Of a stretch of DNA of 54,839 nucleotides, positions 43,279-53,252 are shown in pieces. The stretch is from a virus (lineage: Duplodnaviria > Caudoviricetes). A model generated the notes under the pieces. The model saw nothing but the letters and a program-made list of their open reading frames with translations. It was not told the origin of the DNA and searched no databases. Numbering within the stretch: the first letter of the stretch is position 1; every line of letters begins with the position of its first letter. The translations under genes were made by a program, and so were the position numbers. The stretch spans positions 1 through 54,839 of IMG/VR virus record IMGVR_UViG_3300009605_000029, one strand, 5' to 3'.

Positions 43279-44214
43279 CTACGCTCCGGGTGATCCCCAG
43301 ATCCCTAGCGGATCGGAGACACCAAAGCTGTACCGCTCGCGAGCCTTGTAGCGAACATTTCCGGTATCGAAATCACCGTCCATGCTTGTCTCAAGGGCAA
43401 CACGCTTGAAATGCTTCATCCCGTCTGGAATATCTGTCAGAAGGAACCACGCATCCGTATCAGTTAGATAGTGGTTCACGACCGTACCTCCCGAAATAAC
43501 ATTCATCGAACGCAGAGCGTTGATGTCGTTATCGGCAGTCGCGGGACGAAGCTCAGACTGCATCACCCGTGTCGCCACGAACTGCAAATCGGGCGGGATG
43601 ACGAGCGTCTTCGGACGAGCAGCGATCAATAGACCACGCTCATCCGTCCATTTACCAATCTGGATCACGGCAGCCTCAAGAGAAGTCTCATTGAGGTCAG
43701 CGGCGGTAGCTGGACGGTTAGAGTTCTTACCACCCGAAACGAGTGGGTGACCATCACCACCAGTTACACCATCACTGGATGCCGTAAACAGATTCACACC
43801 GTCACCGCTCTGATAAGCGTTGGTGAACCCGTTGTTAAGCGGGAATACAGCTTTCACCTGTTTGGTGTGAGCCATGGCGCGAGCCAGGGACTTGGTATAG
43901 CGAGCCGACAGTGAGTCGTAAAGATTGTCTTCCATGGCCTCTTCCGTAATGGCAAAACCCATGGCGACTGTTTCGTGGTTGTACCGCGCCACGAACGACT
44001 CTTGTGCGGCGTCATACGAAATCGCATCACCCTCATCCTTCACGGGTGCCGCGTCGAAGCCCGAAAGCTTCACTTCTTCCTCAAAAGAACGATCCGAGCT
44101 TTCCGTCTCATAGATTTCGGTATGCTCGTCATCATAACGTGCATACTCCATTCCAAAGAGCGCGTTCAGCCCAGGAAGCAATTCTTTGAGAAGTTGTGCG
44201 CGTGAAATAGCCAT
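43279..44214 (-). CDS. Major capsid protein
   Basis: MAISRAQLLKELLPGLNALFG...SDRSFEEEV...ITEEAMEDNLY...YLTDTDAWFL...DFDTGNVRYKARERYSFG; AGGAG RBS; 311 aa; position after scaffold. Confidence 0.9.
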   Translation of the reverse strand: MAISRAQLLKELLPGLNALFGMEYARYDDEHTEIYETESSDRSFEEEVKLSGFDAAPVKDEGDAISYDAAQESFVARYNHETVAMGFAITEEAMEDNLYDSLSARYTKSLARAMAHTKQVKAVFPLNNGFTNAYQSGDGVNLFTASSDGVTGGDGHPLVSGGKNSNRPATAADLNETSLEAAVIQIGKWTDERGLLIAARPKTLVIPPDLQFVATRVMQSELRPATADNDINALRSMNVISGGTVVNHYLTDTDAWFLLTDIPDGMKHFKRVALETSMDGDFDTGNVRYKARERYSFGVSDPLGIWGSPGA

Positions 44215-44226
44215 TGGTCAGTTCTC

Positions 44227-44844
44227 CTATACGCCAGTGGCGTTAAGATAGGAATGATTAGAAGCTGACCCGCTAGAAGCAGCGTTAAACTTCACGATCA
44301 CATCTGGATATGCATCACTTGCCGTAGTGCCTTTCGGTGGCAAGCTAGTTGGGCCATCGACAAAATCAATAATACGAAGAGGCAGCGTATTCGTTGTAGC
44401 AGGGGTGCTGCCATCAAGCGCGTTCTTGGACTTACCGAAAGTAGTATTGCCAGCCGTGACAACCACGGACGCATTAAGACCGCGATCCGTAGTGTTTAGT
44501 GCTTCGTCAGACTGCATTTGAAATACTACAAAAGGATCGTCCAGCACATACGCCATCGCATCAGTGGCCGCATTAGATGCAGGCCAATAATTTGAAAATG
44601 TCTTCTGGTTGGTCGTAGGATCCGTATACGAGCAACCCAAGAAAATCCCGACTGCGGTCAGGGCGGTAGTACCAGTATCCTTCGCAATGGTACCATCAGC
44701 CGCGACCTTCACGAAATCACCATTTGAAATCTGAGTACCATAGGTGGTGATAATCGGAAGATTTCTAGTTTTGCTTGTAAACGAACCAGAGGAACTTAGA
44801 GTTCCAATCGGCCTGGCCCCGTACGGTGTTGCCGTAGTAGCCAT
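44227..44844 (-). CDS. Capsid-associated (cement/decoration-like) protein
   Basis: PYGARP...GIFLGCSYTDP...AYVLDDP; directly upstream of the major capsid gene. Confidence 0.65.
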   Translation of the reverse strand: MATTATPYGARPIGTLSSSGSFTSKTRNLPIITTYGTQISNGDFVKVAADGTIAKDTGTTALTAVGIFLGCSYTDPTTNQKTFSNYWPASNAATDAMAYVLDDPFVVFQMQSDEALNTTDRGLNASVVVTAGNTTFGKSKNALDGSTPATTNTLPLRIIDFVDGPTSLPPKGTTASDAYPDVIVKFNAASSGSASNHSYLNATGV

Positions 44845-44877
44845 GATATTCCTTCCTACATTACTGGTGAGGTGACC

Positions 44878-45348
44878 CTAGCCCTTACTACTACCAAAGG
44901 TCACACGAGTTTTTCGATCAGGCGGGAGAACGGGCATTCGAGGATCGCTTTCCCGCATATAACTATTATCGACGGCTTGCATCTGTGAGGCAGCGTGTTG
45001 CTCGTAATACTCACGCCTCTTGCCCACGCTTTCCTCAGATTGTTTGCAGAGCAATAGCCCACCAAGTTCGATTCCCCCTCTCTCTCCCCATTCCGATTTA
45101 TGATCGCTCATAATCTGGAGTTCTGGATGATCTTCAGCTTTGACGGGCTCCCATCCTTCACGAAATTTCTTGGAAACATTCGTGTTGTCAGGGCTGCCAA
45201 CCATAGATGTTCGTATCCACCTGAAGACCCAACCATCTTGGGGATCGGGATCCGGAAGAACCGATGCAGGTTCCCATGAAATATTGCGAGCCTCGTTTTC
45301 ACGAGTCTCTGTCTTCCTGGGCTTCCTGGGAGCGCGTTGTTCAGCCAT
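44878..45348 (-). CDS. Conserved head-module protein
   Basis: GWVFRWIR...REGWEPV...GGLLLCK. Confidence 0.68.
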   Translation of the reverse strand: MAEQRAPRKPRKTETRENEARNISWEPASVLPDPDPQDGWVFRWIRTSMVGSPDNTNVSKKFREGWEPVKAEDHPELQIMSDHKSEWGERGGIELGGLLLCKQSEESVGKRREYYEQHAASQMQAVDNSYMRESDPRMPVLPPDRKTRVTFGSSKG

Positions 45349-46355
45349 TAGGCCATCTCCTTCAATAGCTGTGCCGCATACTGCTGTGGCGTTATGCCCA
45401 GGCGTTCCGCGAGTTTAACCTGGGTGTGCGTTAGCGTAACTTTGTGCGATGGTGCACCATTGTTTCTAGATGCTGGTGCAACCACGGGATTCGCCTTGCG
45501 GCGAGATGCGGTATCAACGACGACGGCGTTATTTGGTTGCGTCAGGTCGCTACCGAAGTGCGTAGGAAAAACTTCTTTCATACGATTATCTATCAATTTA
45601 TAATACTCATCAGTATCTGGGTCAACACCATCTTCTCCTACTAATTTCTCATGTACACCATACGCAAAGCTTGTCATTTCTCTGTCCTGACCGAACCATG
45701 GATTCGATTCCTGCCAAGACACAGCCCTGGCATCAGGCTCAGGGATTGGCTCCGGTACATATTGCTGAGAAGCCTGATCTGCCAACGCTTGATCCTGGGC
45801 AAGCACGTTACGCTTCCAATTATCAATAATTTTCTGCGAAACGGACGGTGCATAGGCTTGAGCAAGCTGCGCGTTGGTCAAATCCTTCTGCGTTTTCGCG
45901 ATTTCTCCTGCATCTCCGGATTCATGCGCTTGTTTGAAGGCTTCTTCAGCAACAGTGAGCGCAGCAGTAGCACGGTGCTTGGCCTGATCCGTTAAAGCTT
46001 TCTGAGAATCCTGAACAAGCTGTACAAGGCGCTGATTTTCGGTTTGTAGCCCCTGCGTGTAGCTAATAGCTTCGTTTGCAAGCTTATCAGAAGCTTCTTT
46101 CGCCCTGCGCTCCTCATGATACTCCCATTTCAGCTTTTTAATGCGTTTTTGGGCACGATTTCCTAGTTGTCCAAGCTCTTCGTCGGTTGCAGTGCCATCA
46201 TCTTGCGATGTTTCGACCGCAGAAGCCCTTTGATCCTCTTCCGGGCGGTCATCTACGACCTCAACGTCCAATTCTTTCGATTCAGGGGTATCAATGGTAG
46301 TTCTGACGCCTAAAAACTTATCTTCTTCGCTCATCCTACTAATTTCGTCAGCCAT
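45348..46355 (-). CDS. Putative capsid scaffolding protein
   Basis: Acidic N-terminus, coiled coil (QKRIKKLKWEYHEERR), WQESNPWFG, C-terminal LTHTQVKLAERLGITPQQYA. Confidence 0.72.
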   Translation of the reverse strand: MADEISRMSEEDKFLGVRTTIDTPESKELDVEVVDDRPEEDQRASAVETSQDDGTATDEELGQLGNRAQKRIKKLKWEYHEERRAKEASDKLANEAISYTQGLQTENQRLVQLVQDSQKALTDQAKHRATAALTVAEEAFKQAHESGDAGEIAKTQKDLTNAQLAQAYAPSVSQKIIDNWKRNVLAQDQALADQASQQYVPEPIPEPDARAVSWQESNPWFGQDREMTSFAYGVHEKLVGEDGVDPDTDEYYKLIDNRMKEVFPTHFGSDLTQPNNAVVVDTASRRKANPVVAPASRNNGAPSHKVTLTHTQVKLAERLGITPQQYAAQLLKEMA

Positions 46356-46771
46356 TATGCTCTTTCCACTCCTCTGGGATCGTCTACGACCGCTTCGACA
46401 GTATCATCATTGATTAAACGGAATTCTTTGCCATGAATTTTGATTCTGGTGCCGCTAAATGCTCGAAAAATGACCCAATCTCCTACCTGACAATACGGTC
46501 CACTAGGAAATCGGGCATAATTTGCGTAAGCATCCGGCCCTACACTCATAACCCAGCCCACAACGGTCGCAATGGACTCTTCATGCCGCGAATCCTCTGA
46601 TCTTATGATGCCCCCATCGGTCATTTCACCAATTTCGGGCAGTGCGATCAGCAATTTGTAGCCCTTAGGCTCCGGCAACTGAGATGCGAAATTGAGTTCT
46701 TCTGTCTTTTCTTCAATTTCGGGTGCGACATCCTTATCCATTGCAAGTTCTGCAAGATTAATGTCGGTCAT
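46355..46771 (-). CDS. GroES/Cpn10-like co-chaperonin
   Basis: PKGYKLLI...TDGGII...VMSVGPDAY...VGDWVIFRAFSGTRIKIHGKEFRLINDDTVEAVV. Confidence 0.82.
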   Translation of the reverse strand: MTDINLAELAMDKDVAPEIEEKTEELNFASQLPEPKGYKLLIALPEIGEMTDGGIIRSEDSRHEESIATVVGWVMSVGPDAYANYARFPSGPYCQVGDWVIFRAFSGTRIKIHGKEFRLINDDTVEAVVDDPRGVERA

Positions 46772-46938
46772 TTCTTACTTTTCCTTCCCTTAGCTGAAAA
46801 TTTTGCCATTTTCTTCTTACCATACTTCTTACGACCTATCGTCGCAGCAACCGCAGCCGGATTCTTGACTTTACCCTTTAGACTTTTTTTTAATTTAGCA
46901 AATCTGCCACCACCACCCGGCTTCATAGATTTCGCCAT
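46768..46938 (-). CDS. Very basic 56-aa protein (not in ORF track)
   Basis: Hand translation MAKSMKPGGGGRFAKLKKSLKGKVKNPAAVAATIGRKKYGKKKMAKFSAKGRKSKK; fills the gap with an ATGA overlap. Confidence 0.7.
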   Translation of the reverse strand: MAKSMKPGGGGRFAKLKKSLKGKVKNPAAVAATIGRKKYGKKKMAKFSAKGRKSKK

Positions 46939-46940
46939 CG

Positions 46941-47129
46941 TCAAGACTCCCTGAGCTTTGTCTCTATATCAATAACCTCGCGTTCTGCCCATGCCAAGCC
47001 TTCGATGATACCACATACTTTACGATACTCTTCCATATCTTTTGCAGAACCAATTGCCAGATGATCGGCGAGATCGTCTATCTGAACTCTAATTTTCTTT
47101 TTAAGTAAAGACAGGACGGACTCAGCCAC
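46941..47129 (-). CDS. Small conserved helical protein after portal
   Basis: GSAKDMEEYRKVCGIIEGL pattern. Confidence 0.65.
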   Translation of the reverse strand: MAESVLSLLKKKIRVQIDDLADHLAIGSAKDMEEYRKVCGIIEGLAWAEREVIDIETKLRES

Positions 47130-49647
47130 CCTTCTTCTCCTTACTCTTTATGCGATCCTCGTCCGAATCCTTACCTAAATCGCGACCAAGCTTAAATCCT
47201 TCCAACTGCGTCTCTATATCTATTTTTTGTTGATCAGACTGAGTTTTTGCGATCAACTCCTGTTCGTCAAGTGCCAACTCGGCAGCATCCGTGCGCTCCT
47301 TGCTCTCCAGCTTCTGGCGCTCCAACTCAAGTTCCGCCGCATCCTGCTGCTGGCTGGCCGCGAGCTTCTGTTCCTCAAGCTGCTGCTTGGCAACATCTGC
47401 CTGTTGCTTCCTCTGTGCCTCTTGTTCCTGAATGGCGAGTTCGCGTTCGCGCTGTTGAACGATTGGATCCTGCTGCTGTTGAGCCTGCTGCTCCGCCTGA
47501 GCCTTCTGCTGTTTCTTGCCCAGCATCTGATCGGCAGCATCGGCTACCAGAACACTCAACCTTCTCTCCACATTTTCCGGCAGCTTCTCATTGGCTGGCG
47601 GTAGCGGAACACCGAGTTCCTCTTCGATCTGTCTACGGAAAATAAATGCCAGATGTTCGCGAATATGGGCGTCCATGGCACCACTGACTGCCTGACCGTT
47701 CGGGCTGTTCTGTACTTGTTGGGCAACATCAGGATCATTCTTAATCGCCATATGAACACGCATATGCGCGTCGTGATCCTGATATTCGAACGCCTTAACA
47801 GGACTGAGGATAAGGATATCCTGATTCTCGCTGACAGGATCCTTCGGAAGCACATCGTCCTTATCTGGAACGACTTTATCAGCATTAGGAATGCCGATAA
47901 GCTCCATCATCTGCCTGTGCAGCAGTGGCATATCATATAGATCGGGAGACTGGGCTGCCAATTGCAACGCAGCCTGATACTGCATGATTCGTTGTGCCAT
48001 GCTCGACGCATTGGGATCCGACACGGGAACAACGTCAATGCGATCATCAAAATCTTCTACCTTGATATCCTCTCCCTCATCCGTCTCATACGGATACGCC
48101 GGATCCGTATAATCACGAACAATAGTGGCCAGAATTTTATATTCTTGCCTGAGGCTCGCGTGGATACGCGCCTGGATTGCGGACTGCACCTTCATCGCCC
48201 GCTCCATAATCGCAAGAGTCGTCCCCACGGGAGCCTCTTGATTCATATCCGCTACCTTAAGATCCGCCATTGACGCAAAGCGTCGGCCTTCTTCCACGAT
48301 GTTACCCAACAACTGATAAAGAACCCCAGAAGGTTCCTTATAAGGAAGGAAGGTGATGTTATCCCTGATAACACCACCAGGGACATCAACGTCCCTGAAT
48401 TCCCCCGGCATGATCGGCGTGTCGTCGCCCTTGATCCTGAGCCCACGAGTCTTGAGCCCTCCAGGCAGATTGGAGAGGGTTCCCGCATCAACAAGCTGAC
48501 GCAGCAAACTCGTCGCTGACTTTGCGAGCCCTCCGATCATATGGATCAAACCGAGATTATAAAATCCTATCCCAGGCACGTATCCATAATGTACAAAGTG
48601 CTGTTTCTTGGTCTTATGGGGATCATCCTCGGACCAATTCCTATAGATCGACAGAATAGTGTGATTGCCCTTGTCGATTGTAACTACATAAGGAAGCGCA
48701 ATTCCGTCGGGACTTTCAAATCCAGGCAAATCCAGATCAACGTGCATCTCCAAAAGCTGATGCCGCTCGTCCTTATCCCACGACGGCCTCACGCCTCCGA
48801 TTTCTATGTACTTATCGGTAATTGCGTTGGTTTCAACGTTGGATGGCGTTAGTTCGACATCGCGATAAAACTTGCTGACCTGAAGCTTTTTTATCTGATT
48901 CGTACTGCGATTCATCACATGGGTGTAACGCTCCGCCTGCTCCAGATCGGCCTCATTGAAAGCAACCACGAAATCCTCAGCAGGCACAAACATAGAGGTG
49001 GGTCTGCCGAGCGACGGATCAAAATAGATCTTGCGGAACGCCGAACCCGCAAGCGGAAGGCTGAACAGTAGCTTCTCGGTTTCGGAACGATACTCCGTCA
49101 TAACCTCCAAAAGCTGATAATTCAGATACTGCTGAACCCTCTTGGCCTGCTTATCCCTTTCGGGACTGAACTTACCCCAAATCTGGGTCTTAACCGGACC
49201 CTGTGCGGGAATAATCTCCTGGATAGTCTGGCTCTGGAATCGAACCACCGCCTCAGACAGCATGGGGTGAAACACCCCACACGCTCCAGCCCATGGTGTC
49301 GTGCGATCTTCGATTTCCAATCCCAGATAATCCAATCCCTCTTCGTACGTCTGTTCCCAGTTACCTCTACTGCTCTTATCGGAATCAAACTTGGAAACGA
49401 GATCCAGAGCAATCGAATTCAATTCCCCATCTTCGATATGTTCCGCAAGATTCGACTCAAACGACGAACTGTCCCCGTTTACAGAAAGCCCCGCCGGATC
49501 GAAATCAATGAGCATCCCGCCGTCTTCCATCTCCGTGAGCGAGGGCTCATCCAGAGATACATCCTTTTCAACTGCCGTGAATCCCTGTGGACCTATCTCA
49601 AAATCATCCTGATTAAAAATAGGATCCATTGGCTTATCTATCGGCAT
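47122..49647 (-). CDS. Portal protein with long C-terminal helical extension
   Basis: PWAGACGVFHPMLSEAVVRFQ, GSAFRKIYFD, LRQLVDAGTLSNLPGG, PVGTTLA, PVSDPN; Gln-rich C-terminal coiled coil; follows TerL. Confidence 0.88.
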   Translation of the reverse strand: MPIDKPMDPIFNQDDFEIGPQGFTAVEKDVSLDEPSLTEMEDGGMLIDFDPAGLSVNGDSSSFESNLAEHIEDGELNSIALDLVSKFDSDKSSRGNWEQTYEEGLDYLGLEIEDRTTPWAGACGVFHPMLSEAVVRFQSQTIQEIIPAQGPVKTQIWGKFSPERDKQAKRVQQYLNYQLLEVMTEYRSETEKLLFSLPLAGSAFRKIYFDPSLGRPTSMFVPAEDFVVAFNEADLEQAERYTHVMNRSTNQIKKLQVSKFYRDVELTPSNVETNAITDKYIEIGGVRPSWDKDERHQLLEMHVDLDLPGFESPDGIALPYVVTIDKGNHTILSIYRNWSEDDPHKTKKQHFVHYGYVPGIGFYNLGLIHMIGGLAKSATSLLRQLVDAGTLSNLPGGLKTRGLRIKGDDTPIMPGEFRDVDVPGGVIRDNITFLPYKEPSGVLYQLLGNIVEEGRRFASMADLKVADMNQEAPVGTTLAIMERAMKVQSAIQARIHASLRQEYKILATIVRDYTDPAYPYETDEGEDIKVEDFDDRIDVVPVSDPNASSMAQRIMQYQAALQLAAQSPDLYDMPLLHRQMMELIGIPNADKVVPDKDDVLPKDPVSENQDILILSPVKAFEYQDHDAHMRVHMAIKNDPDVAQQVQNSPNGQAVSGAMDAHIREHLAFIFRRQIEEELGVPLPPANEKLPENVERRLSVLVADAADQMLGKKQQKAQAEQQAQQQQDPIVQQRERELAIQEQEAQRKQQADVAKQQLEEQKLAASQQQDAAELELERQKLESKERTDAAELALDEQELIAKTQSDQQKIDIETQLEGFKLGRDLGKDSDEDRIKSKEKKGG

Positions 49648-49668
49648 TTGCTAACTCCTAATTCGCAA

Positions 49669-50292
49669 TCAAAGAATCTTGCCAAGATCATCTGCAACCT
49701 TGTGAAGGGTGGCAACACTATGCGTGATCACTGGTGGTGCCTTATCTGCAATACCCAGCGTCAATCCCTGAGTCAAACCCTTGGCGAACGCCTTGTCATC
49801 CGCTGTTGGCTTGCCTAGATCCTCGACGGTCTTCGGGTTGATGACCAGATTGGTACCAAACGCCACATGGGGGATAACGCCGCAGGTAGAGAACTTAACA
49901 TGGATATTGCCATCCTTGTCATACCAAACACCTGCGTCCACGCTCGCTCCTTCACCCGGCCCACCTTCCGGCCCAGCCCAGACCGTAGCTTGATTGCCGT
50001 CCGGGTTCACGTAATGCCATTTCATCACATCCGCTACGGTAACACCGATATGGGCGCTGACCTTGACCTCGAAACCCCTGCCGTCATGTGAATCCACAGA
50101 AGCAGATACGCCCTGCTCCTCGTTCACCGTTTCCACATCACAGATATGGTCGAAGTTCCACTTATCAGTGCGCGACCATTTATCTCCTATTTCCTTCTTG
50201 AAATAGAAGTTGCCGCTCTTATCCGCATAGAACACGTCCGCGTCGGAACTATTGCTGACGTAATAACCCGAAGGAACTTCTTGATCTACCAC
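49669..50292 (-). CDS. Hypothetical beta-rich protein between TerL and portal
   Basis: AAGGAG RBS then GTG; alternating Gly/hydrophobic strands. Confidence 0.62.
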   Translation of the reverse strand: MVDQEVPSGYYVSNSSDADVFYADKSGNFYFKKEIGDKWSRTDKWNFDHICDVETVNEEQGVSASVDSHDGRGFEVKVSAHIGVTVADVMKWHYVNPDGNQATVWAGPEGGPGEGASVDAGVWYDKDGNIHVKFSTCGVIPHVAFGTNLVINPKTVEDLGKPTADDKAFAKGLTQGLTLGIADKAPPVITHSVATLHKVADDLGKIL

Positions 50293-50304
50293 ATTGCTCT
50301 CCTT

Positions 50305-50655
50305 CTATACGACATCGTTTTTTTCTACGACCCGATATCTACTGTCGATATCCTCGTCATACCACCTCACCAGAAACCCAGGCGTCTTGTCGCCATACCA
50401 AGCGCCAAGCTGGTTATGTTCATAGTATTCTAGTGCACCTTCGTAGTCGTCACAGCCTTCATCCATCAGTTTCTGGATGACTTTCCGCTTGTCATATAAC
50501 ACGATTGGTTCCATGCCGAACCGTTCCAACACACCGATCACGCAATCGTCAAAACCGTCCATGGTCAGTGCGCTCTCGACACCAAGCTCCAGCAACCGTT
50601 CTGCCAGCGTAACGCGGCTATCAGCGAACCCGGTAGCATCGGAAATAGCAACCAT
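50305..50655 (-). CDS. Conserved phage hypothetical protein
   Basis: DGFDDCVIGV...LYDK...ALEYYEHNQLGAWYGDKTP. Confidence 0.68.
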   Translation of the reverse strand: MVAISDATGFADSRVTLAERLLELGVESALTMDGFDDCVIGVLERFGMEPIVLYDKRKVIQKLMDEGCDDYEGALEYYEHNQLGAWYGDKTPGFLVRWYDEDIDSRYRVVEKNDVV

Positions 50656-50796
50656 TAGTAGGATTCCCTCATAATAATCTCCGATGAATAAATCCCAGAA
50701 AAAATCTATCTAGGGGCACCTTCTCGCGATAGCGAGAGCGTTCTTTGGTCATTTAAGACGGCCCATAGTTGTTCGCGGGTCTATCAGGCCGTCCCC

Positions 50797-50958
50797 CTAG
50801 ACTAGAAATACAATCTCGGCCTTCGTATCGCCCTCTTTATCGTGCCAGTAGCCGCTCGGCTCGTCGGGATCTCCGGAACTCATCGTAGAATCGAAACCCT
50901 TACCGCTCTTCAAAATAGGATTGCCAGTGAAGAAGTGGGCGATCTCGCCCTCGGTCAT
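50797..50958 (-). CDS. Small hypothetical protein
   Basis: Likely start MTEGEIAH at 50958, downstream of the TerL stop. Confidence 0.35.
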   Translation of the reverse strand: MTEGEIAHFFTGNPILKSGKGFDSTMSSGDPDEPSGYWHDKEGDTKAEIVFLV

Positions 50959-50986
50959 AATGATTTCCGGAAAGAAACGATATGAA

Positions 50987-52480
50987 TTAATAGTAATCCG
51001 CCTTACGGGCTGGGAAAAACTCTTCCATCGGCTCATCGCTTTCAATCGAAATAAAGCCACCCTGCCGGAATCGCAATAGTGCTTGAGTAGATGAATCCAC
51101 TAGATCGTCGTAATCCCCGTTAGGGAACGCAGCGAATTCTTCGATAACCGCTTCGGCCCATCTCTTTTTGGGTGCCCACACGAGCCCGGAAGAAAATATA
51201 TCAGAAACAGCATTTACCCTGGCAATTTTATCTTTACCACGGCTAGGGGTATACTCACCCACGGGGATCCCCATCCTCCTGAGTTCGAATATCAGCGGAC
51301 TGCCCGCAGCCTTGGCTTCTACAATAAACGCATCCGGCTTGTACTCCTTCCACATTTCGTAAGCACGAGTCTTCAGGTCGGGAAACTCCATGCGCTCCTG
51401 CAGTGCATCCAGCAAAACGATATTCGGCTCATCTTCTTTGTTCTTGAAGACGCCCCAGGTCGTACATGCACTGTAGTCGGCAGTTTCCTTTGCAAGAAAC
51501 GCGGTATCCCATGATTGGATCACAAACTCACATTTCGGTGGTTCCTTCTCCGTCCACTCATTCCACCATTCACGCTTGATGATCGCGCCTTCTTCGGAAG
51601 TCGGATCTTGCTGATACTGGGCACTCCATTTGGATATAGGCAGTTCTGCTTTCAGCGATTCAAGCTGCTCTATCGGCCAGAATCCGGGCCAGAGCGGCTT
51701 GCCACTGGGCAGAATCGCAGGGAATTCGATGACTTCCCATTCATCCGCACCACCACGTTCTATAGATGCCTTAACGATACTGCCAGTCAAATCCTTTTTC
51801 GACCAGCGAGTCATTACCAGGCAGATCGCACCCCCAGGCTGTAACCTCTGGCGGGGACCAGACGTGTACCATTCGTATGTGCGGTCGTATACGGAGGGAT
51901 CGTTTAACGCAGCTTCCTGCTCTGAATGCGGATCGTCCACGATAAGAATGTCGGCACCCTTACCTGTAACAGCACCACCCACACCGATAGCGAAATATTC
52001 TCCATGCTTGTTCGTGTCCCAACGGCCCGCAGCCTTGGAGTCCACGCTTAAGGACACATCTGGAAAGATTTTCTGATAACCATGGGATCCCACGAGGTTA
52101 CGAACCTTACGCCCGAACCCGACTGCCAACTCTGCTGTGTGGGCAGTCTGGATGACCTTCCTGTCGGGATATTTCCCAAGATACCAAGCAGGGAAAAAAT
52201 GAGACGCGAATTCTGATTTTGTGTGGCGAGGAGGCATATTCACAACCAGCCTCTTCAAGCTGCCGTTTGCGATGCGATTGAAGGCATCGGCCATAATTTT
52301 GTGATGGCTGCCCTCAATGAACGCAGGCCACATCTTCCTGACGAATAGCAGGAACTCGTTCTGAGCACCGATCCTGCCCCTGGCGTCAGATAGTTCGTCC
52401 AGGAGAACCAGGATCTCTTTCTGCTTATGTGATGAAAGAGAATTCAGTTGCTGAGTAATCGTATCTACATCTACAACCAT
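50987..52480 (-). CDS. terL: Terminase large subunit
   Basis: RLVVNMPPRHTKS (Walker A variant), LIVDDPH (Walker B), VMTRW, nuclease QSWDTA...DYSA...FPNGDYDDLVDS. Confidence 0.93.
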   Translation of the reverse strand: MVVDVDTITQQLNSLSSHKQKEILVLLDELSDARGRIGAQNEFLLFVRKMWPAFIEGSHHKIMADAFNRIANGSLKRLVVNMPPRHTKSEFASHFFPAWYLGKYPDRKVIQTAHTAELAVGFGRKVRNLVGSHGYQKIFPDVSLSVDSKAAGRWDTNKHGEYFAIGVGGAVTGKGADILIVDDPHSEQEAALNDPSVYDRTYEWYTSGPRQRLQPGGAICLVMTRWSKKDLTGSIVKASIERGGADEWEVIEFPAILPSGKPLWPGFWPIEQLESLKAELPISKWSAQYQQDPTSEEGAIIKREWWNEWTEKEPPKCEFVIQSWDTAFLAKETADYSACTTWGVFKNKEDEPNIVLLDALQERMEFPDLKTRAYEMWKEYKPDAFIVEAKAAGSPLIFELRRMGIPVGEYTPSRGKDKIARVNAVSDIFSSGLVWAPKKRWAEAVIEEFAAFPNGDYDDLVDSSTQALLRFRQGGFISIESDEPMEEFFPARKADYY

Positions 52481-52561
52481 TTACCCTTTTCCGTCCTTAG
52501 CGAATATAACTGCATCACCGCCCCACAAACTGCCATCAGCCGATAGTTCCAGTCAACTGCC

Positions 52562-52756
52562 CTAGTGGTACCACGACCTCGACGAACGTGCAATCCACGC
52601 ATCTTTGGATCTTCGCTCTAAATTACGAAAATGACGATAACGGGCTCGCTCGGCTCGTGATTCCGGTCTACTCGCATTAACGATAATTCCGAAAGCCACA
52701 AAAGCCATCAGCCCTATCACCAAACCAAACCTATTCGTCGTGGTTTTTCTTCGCAT
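52562..52756 (-). CDS. Small membrane protein
   Basis: Basic N-terminus, TM segment FGLVIGLMAFVAFGIIV, Arg-rich tail; GAGG RBS. Confidence 0.5.
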   Translation of the reverse strand: MRRKTTTNRFGLVIGLMAFVAFGIIVNASRPESRAERARYRHFRNLERRSKDAWIARSSRSWYH

Positions 52757-52784
52757 AGAATAATCCTCAACAGCTTGAACCAAA

Positions 52785-52925
52785 ACATCTAGAGATTTTC
52801 TATCTGTATTATCTATATAGGTAATATAGAATAGATAATCTAGACTAAATAATCCAAGCTAGATAATCTAGCCTAGTAACCTAAAATAATAATCTCGCTA
52901 GGTATTTAAGCTAGATGCTAGACTG
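52785..52925. repeat. AT-rich tract with clustered CTAG and a duplicated TAGATAATCTAG
   Basis: tagataatctag occurs twice (about 52832 and 52860), with several further ctag sites. Confidence 0.7.
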
Positions 52926-53252
52926 CCAAACAGAAGGTGGAAGTTTCTACAGCCAGAATAAAAATAAACAACGGGTGGGGAGAAGTGGTAAAGTACAAAA
53001 ATTGACCACCACTTGAGCAAAACACTGTTTATTAGTTTTGTGGAGTCCGCTGGCTGTGAGGGGGGGTGTACCCCACTCCCCCTTCCACCACTCCGAAAAT
53101 CAAGCATTAACTCCTGGCTACCCTATGAAAAGCCCCCCGACCGTTCACCCCAAGTGCCCACCTCGTGGTCCTCCCTGGCATCCTGCTCGACTCGTCTCGC
53201 CCATTCCCCACGACTTTTAATAGGGCTCTCTATCAATCAGATGTCGAAATAT

